Assembly (NCBI GenBank): GCA_963828965.1
Contig: CAWHGL010000004.1
Coordinates: 140,533 to 204,532 of the forward strand
Direction: 5' to 3'
Source: an uncultured Chloroflexia bacterium
Lineage (GTDB): Bacteria; Chloroflexota; Limnocylindria; Limnocylindrales; CSP1-4
DNA: 64,000 bases
In this document: piece after piece, positions 61,869 through 64,000 of the stretch
Numbering within the stretch: position 1 is the first letter of the stretch
Layout of the letters: each line of letters opens with the position of its first letter
Program-made: the position numbers and the translations under genes
The notes under the pieces: generated by a model
Database searches by the model: none
The model's input: only the letters and a program-made list of their open reading frames with translations
What the model was told of the DNA's origin: nothing

Positions 61869-64000
61869 ATGCGCGACCTGTTCGACGACTTTCTCGAGGA
61901 GCTCCGCCGCCGGGAAGCCATCGCACGTGGCGAGGACCCCGACGCGGGAGCGCCCAAGCGCGCGCGCCAGGTCGGTCCCGACCCGGACGACGACGATCCC
62001 GACCGCGCCGACGCCGACACGGACGATGGCGACGGGGACGACGCGACGGACGACCGTCCGCCGCCACCGCACGAGCCTTCACCGCCCCGCCGGCCGCGTC
62101 TGGTCGTCGACGAGGACGACCGAGGCGGCGGGAACGGACGGCGCATCGGCTGGATCCTGTTCGGGATCGCCGCGATCGTCCTCATCGGGCTCTTCAGCTT
62201 CGGTCTCGATCTGTGGACGGATGCGCTCTGGTACCAGAGCGTCGGCTTCGACAGCGTGTTCTGGACGCGCATCGGCGCGCAGGCCGGGCTGTTCGCGCTT
62301 GCCGGGCTGGGCACCCTGGCCATCCTGTTCGGCAACCTGTGGGTCGCCGGCCGGCTGATCCCACCGTCGGACCCGGACCGCCGCGGCGGGTCGCTCGGGT
62401 CGCTCTTCGAGCGGCTCAACGAGGCGGCCCAGCAGGGTGCGCAGGCCCGTGCCGGCGGCGGCCGCCGACCGCCGATGGATGACTCCCGGGCCATCGCCTT
62501 CGATGCCCAGGACATACCCGACCTGACCCCGATCGCCCGGGTCGTGCTCGTGATCGTGAGCGTGTTCATCGCGCTGGCGGTCGCGGGGACCGTGGCCTCC
62601 GCCTGGGAGACCGTGCTCCTCTGGCAGCATCGCGTCCCGTTCTCCCCCCAGACCGCGACCGCGGTCGTCGACCCGATCTTCAACCGCGACATCGGGTTCT
62701 TCCTGTTCGAGCTGCCCTTCCTGCGCTTCATCCAGTCGCTGTTCAACGCGATCGTGGTGGCGACGCTGGTCGTCGTCGGGGCGCGCTATCTCGTCGGGGC
62801 GACGCGCGGCAGCCTGGTCTTCGCCACGCCGGTCCGCGTCCATCTCGCCGTCCTCGGCGGGCTGTTCCTGCTGTCGGTGGCGTTCGGCTACCAGCTCGAC
62901 AAGTACGAGCTGTCGTACAGCGTCCGCGGCATCGCGACCGGCGTGAGCTACACGGACCAGCACGCCCAGTTCTTCGCGTACGACGTCCTGACCGTCCTGT
63001 CCGGCCTGGCGGCGGCGTTCCTGGTCGGGGCGGCGTTCACCCGGCTGGTCTGGCCGCTGGCGTTGACCGTCGGAGTCTGGATCCTGGCCGCCCTGATCAT
63101 CGGCCGGGCCTATCCGGAGGGCGTCCAGTTCTTCACGGTCAAGCCCAACCAGTTCGCCCAGGAGGACCGCTACATCGCGAACAACATCGCGATGACCCGG
63201 CTGGCGTTCGGGCTCGATACGTGGGAGGACCGCTCCTTCCAGGGCGAGGCGATCCTGACCGAGGAAGCCATCGCCAACGACGAGGACACGTTCCGCAACG
63301 CCCGGCTGTGGGACTACCGGCCGCTCGGCGACACGTTCGACCAGCTCCAGACGATCCGTCGCTACTACACCTTCCCGGACGTCGACACGGATCGCTACGA
63401 GATCGACGACGTCCAGCGTCAGGTGATGCTGTCGGGCCGCGAGCTCGACCTCAAGCAGGCCGAGGGCACGTCCGGCTTCGTCAACGAACGGATCATCTAC
63501 ACCCACGGCTATCGGCCTGGCGATGTCACCGGTCAACGAGGTCGCCAACGAGGGCCAGCCGCGCCTGTTCGTCAGCAACATGCCGCCGGTCTCGACGCCC
63601 GGCGCTCCGGTCATCACCGAGCCGCGCATCTACTTCGGCGAGCAGCCGACCTCGTACGTGATCACCGGCGCCCGCCAGGCCGAGTTCGATTACCCGACCG
63701 GTGAGGGCGAGGGCGCTGCCGGTGACGGGACGTCGACGCGCTGGACGGGGACGACCGGGATCAAGCTCGACACGACCCTGATGCGGCTGCTCTTCGCCGC
63801 CCGCTTCCGCGACATCGACCTGCTCATCAGCGACCAGGTCACGGCCGAAAGCCAGCTGCTGATGCATCGCTTCCTGACCGACCGGCTGCCGCGCATCGCC
63901 CCGTTCCTGGCCTACGACAAGGACCCCTACCTCGTCGTCAACGACGAGGGTCGGCTCGTCTACGTCCAGGACGCGTACACGACGAGCGACCGATTCCCGG
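61869..64000 (+). pseudogene. UPF0182-family large membrane protein (partial at the window end), one frame change
   Basis: ORF 61869..63704 reads acidic N-terminus, TM segments, WTDALWYQSVGF, IGFFLFELPFLRF ... NERIIYTHGY. The expected continuation GLAMSPVNEVANEGQPRLFVSNMPPVSTPGAPVITEPRIYFGEQPTSYVITGARQAEFDYP...DAYTTSDRFP is in another frame from about 63515 and stays open to 64000. Confidence 0.8.

Noticed and set aside
1-64000. Scan for tRNA, rRNA, tmRNA, RNase P or SRP RNA genes
   Set aside because: None of the intergenic gaps longer than 80 nt (about 4000-4330, 10013-10207, 15000-15311, 34046-34151, 34587-34732, 38892-38978, 43393-43605, 45826-46237, 50529-50648, 53543-53896, 60569-60655) shows a cloverleaf-like pattern or conserved RNA motifs I can recognise by eye. 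A covariance-model search would be needed to be sure.

Overview
This is a very GC-rich window (over 70% by eye, not computed). Its gene content looks like Actinomycetota: a SigK/RskA-type sigma/anti-sigma pair, UPF0182, a GuaB3-type IMPDH paralog, trHbO and a SARP regulator. I found about 60 protein-coding genes and no rRNA, tRNA, CRISPR array, transposase or prophage.

Housekeeping genes I recognise are pdxS/pdxT, tmk, guaA, a guaB3-like gene, tldD/pmbA, a class II fumarase-like gene, a glutamine-synthetase-family gene with an APC permease, and a truncated haemoglobin.

The most interesting content is a signalling island on the minus strand at about 16.9-32.3 kb.
- Four translationally coupled paralogs (A-D, 21560..26383), plus a fifth copy (E, 31065..32279), encode roughly 400-aa polytopic membrane proteins.
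- Their N-terminal membrane domain carries motifs shared with a real NarL-type histidine kinase in this window. Instead of kinase domains they end in a conserved module, RYRLYDIDR ... LFQPVRRRVQxxVDRRFDRSRYD ... WLR, which I cannot assign to any characterised function.
- The array sits directly upstream, on the same strand, of a GAF-PP2C-RsbW-like fusion protein and two STAS proteins. It is divergent from a large SARP/AfsR-like regulator.

The second main observation is technical or evolutionary. About two dozen reading-frame changes interrupt about 17 otherwise recognisable genes. There is an extreme hotspot of 7 frame changes in about 0.8 kb over a GAF-GGDEF gene and a darA-like c-di-AMP receptor gene. 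I cannot tell genuine pseudogenisation from assembly indels using the sequence alone.

Many long ORFs in the supplied track are Arg/Pro/Gly-rich antisense shadows, and I rejected them. All protein family calls come from motif recognition by eye; no database search was possible.
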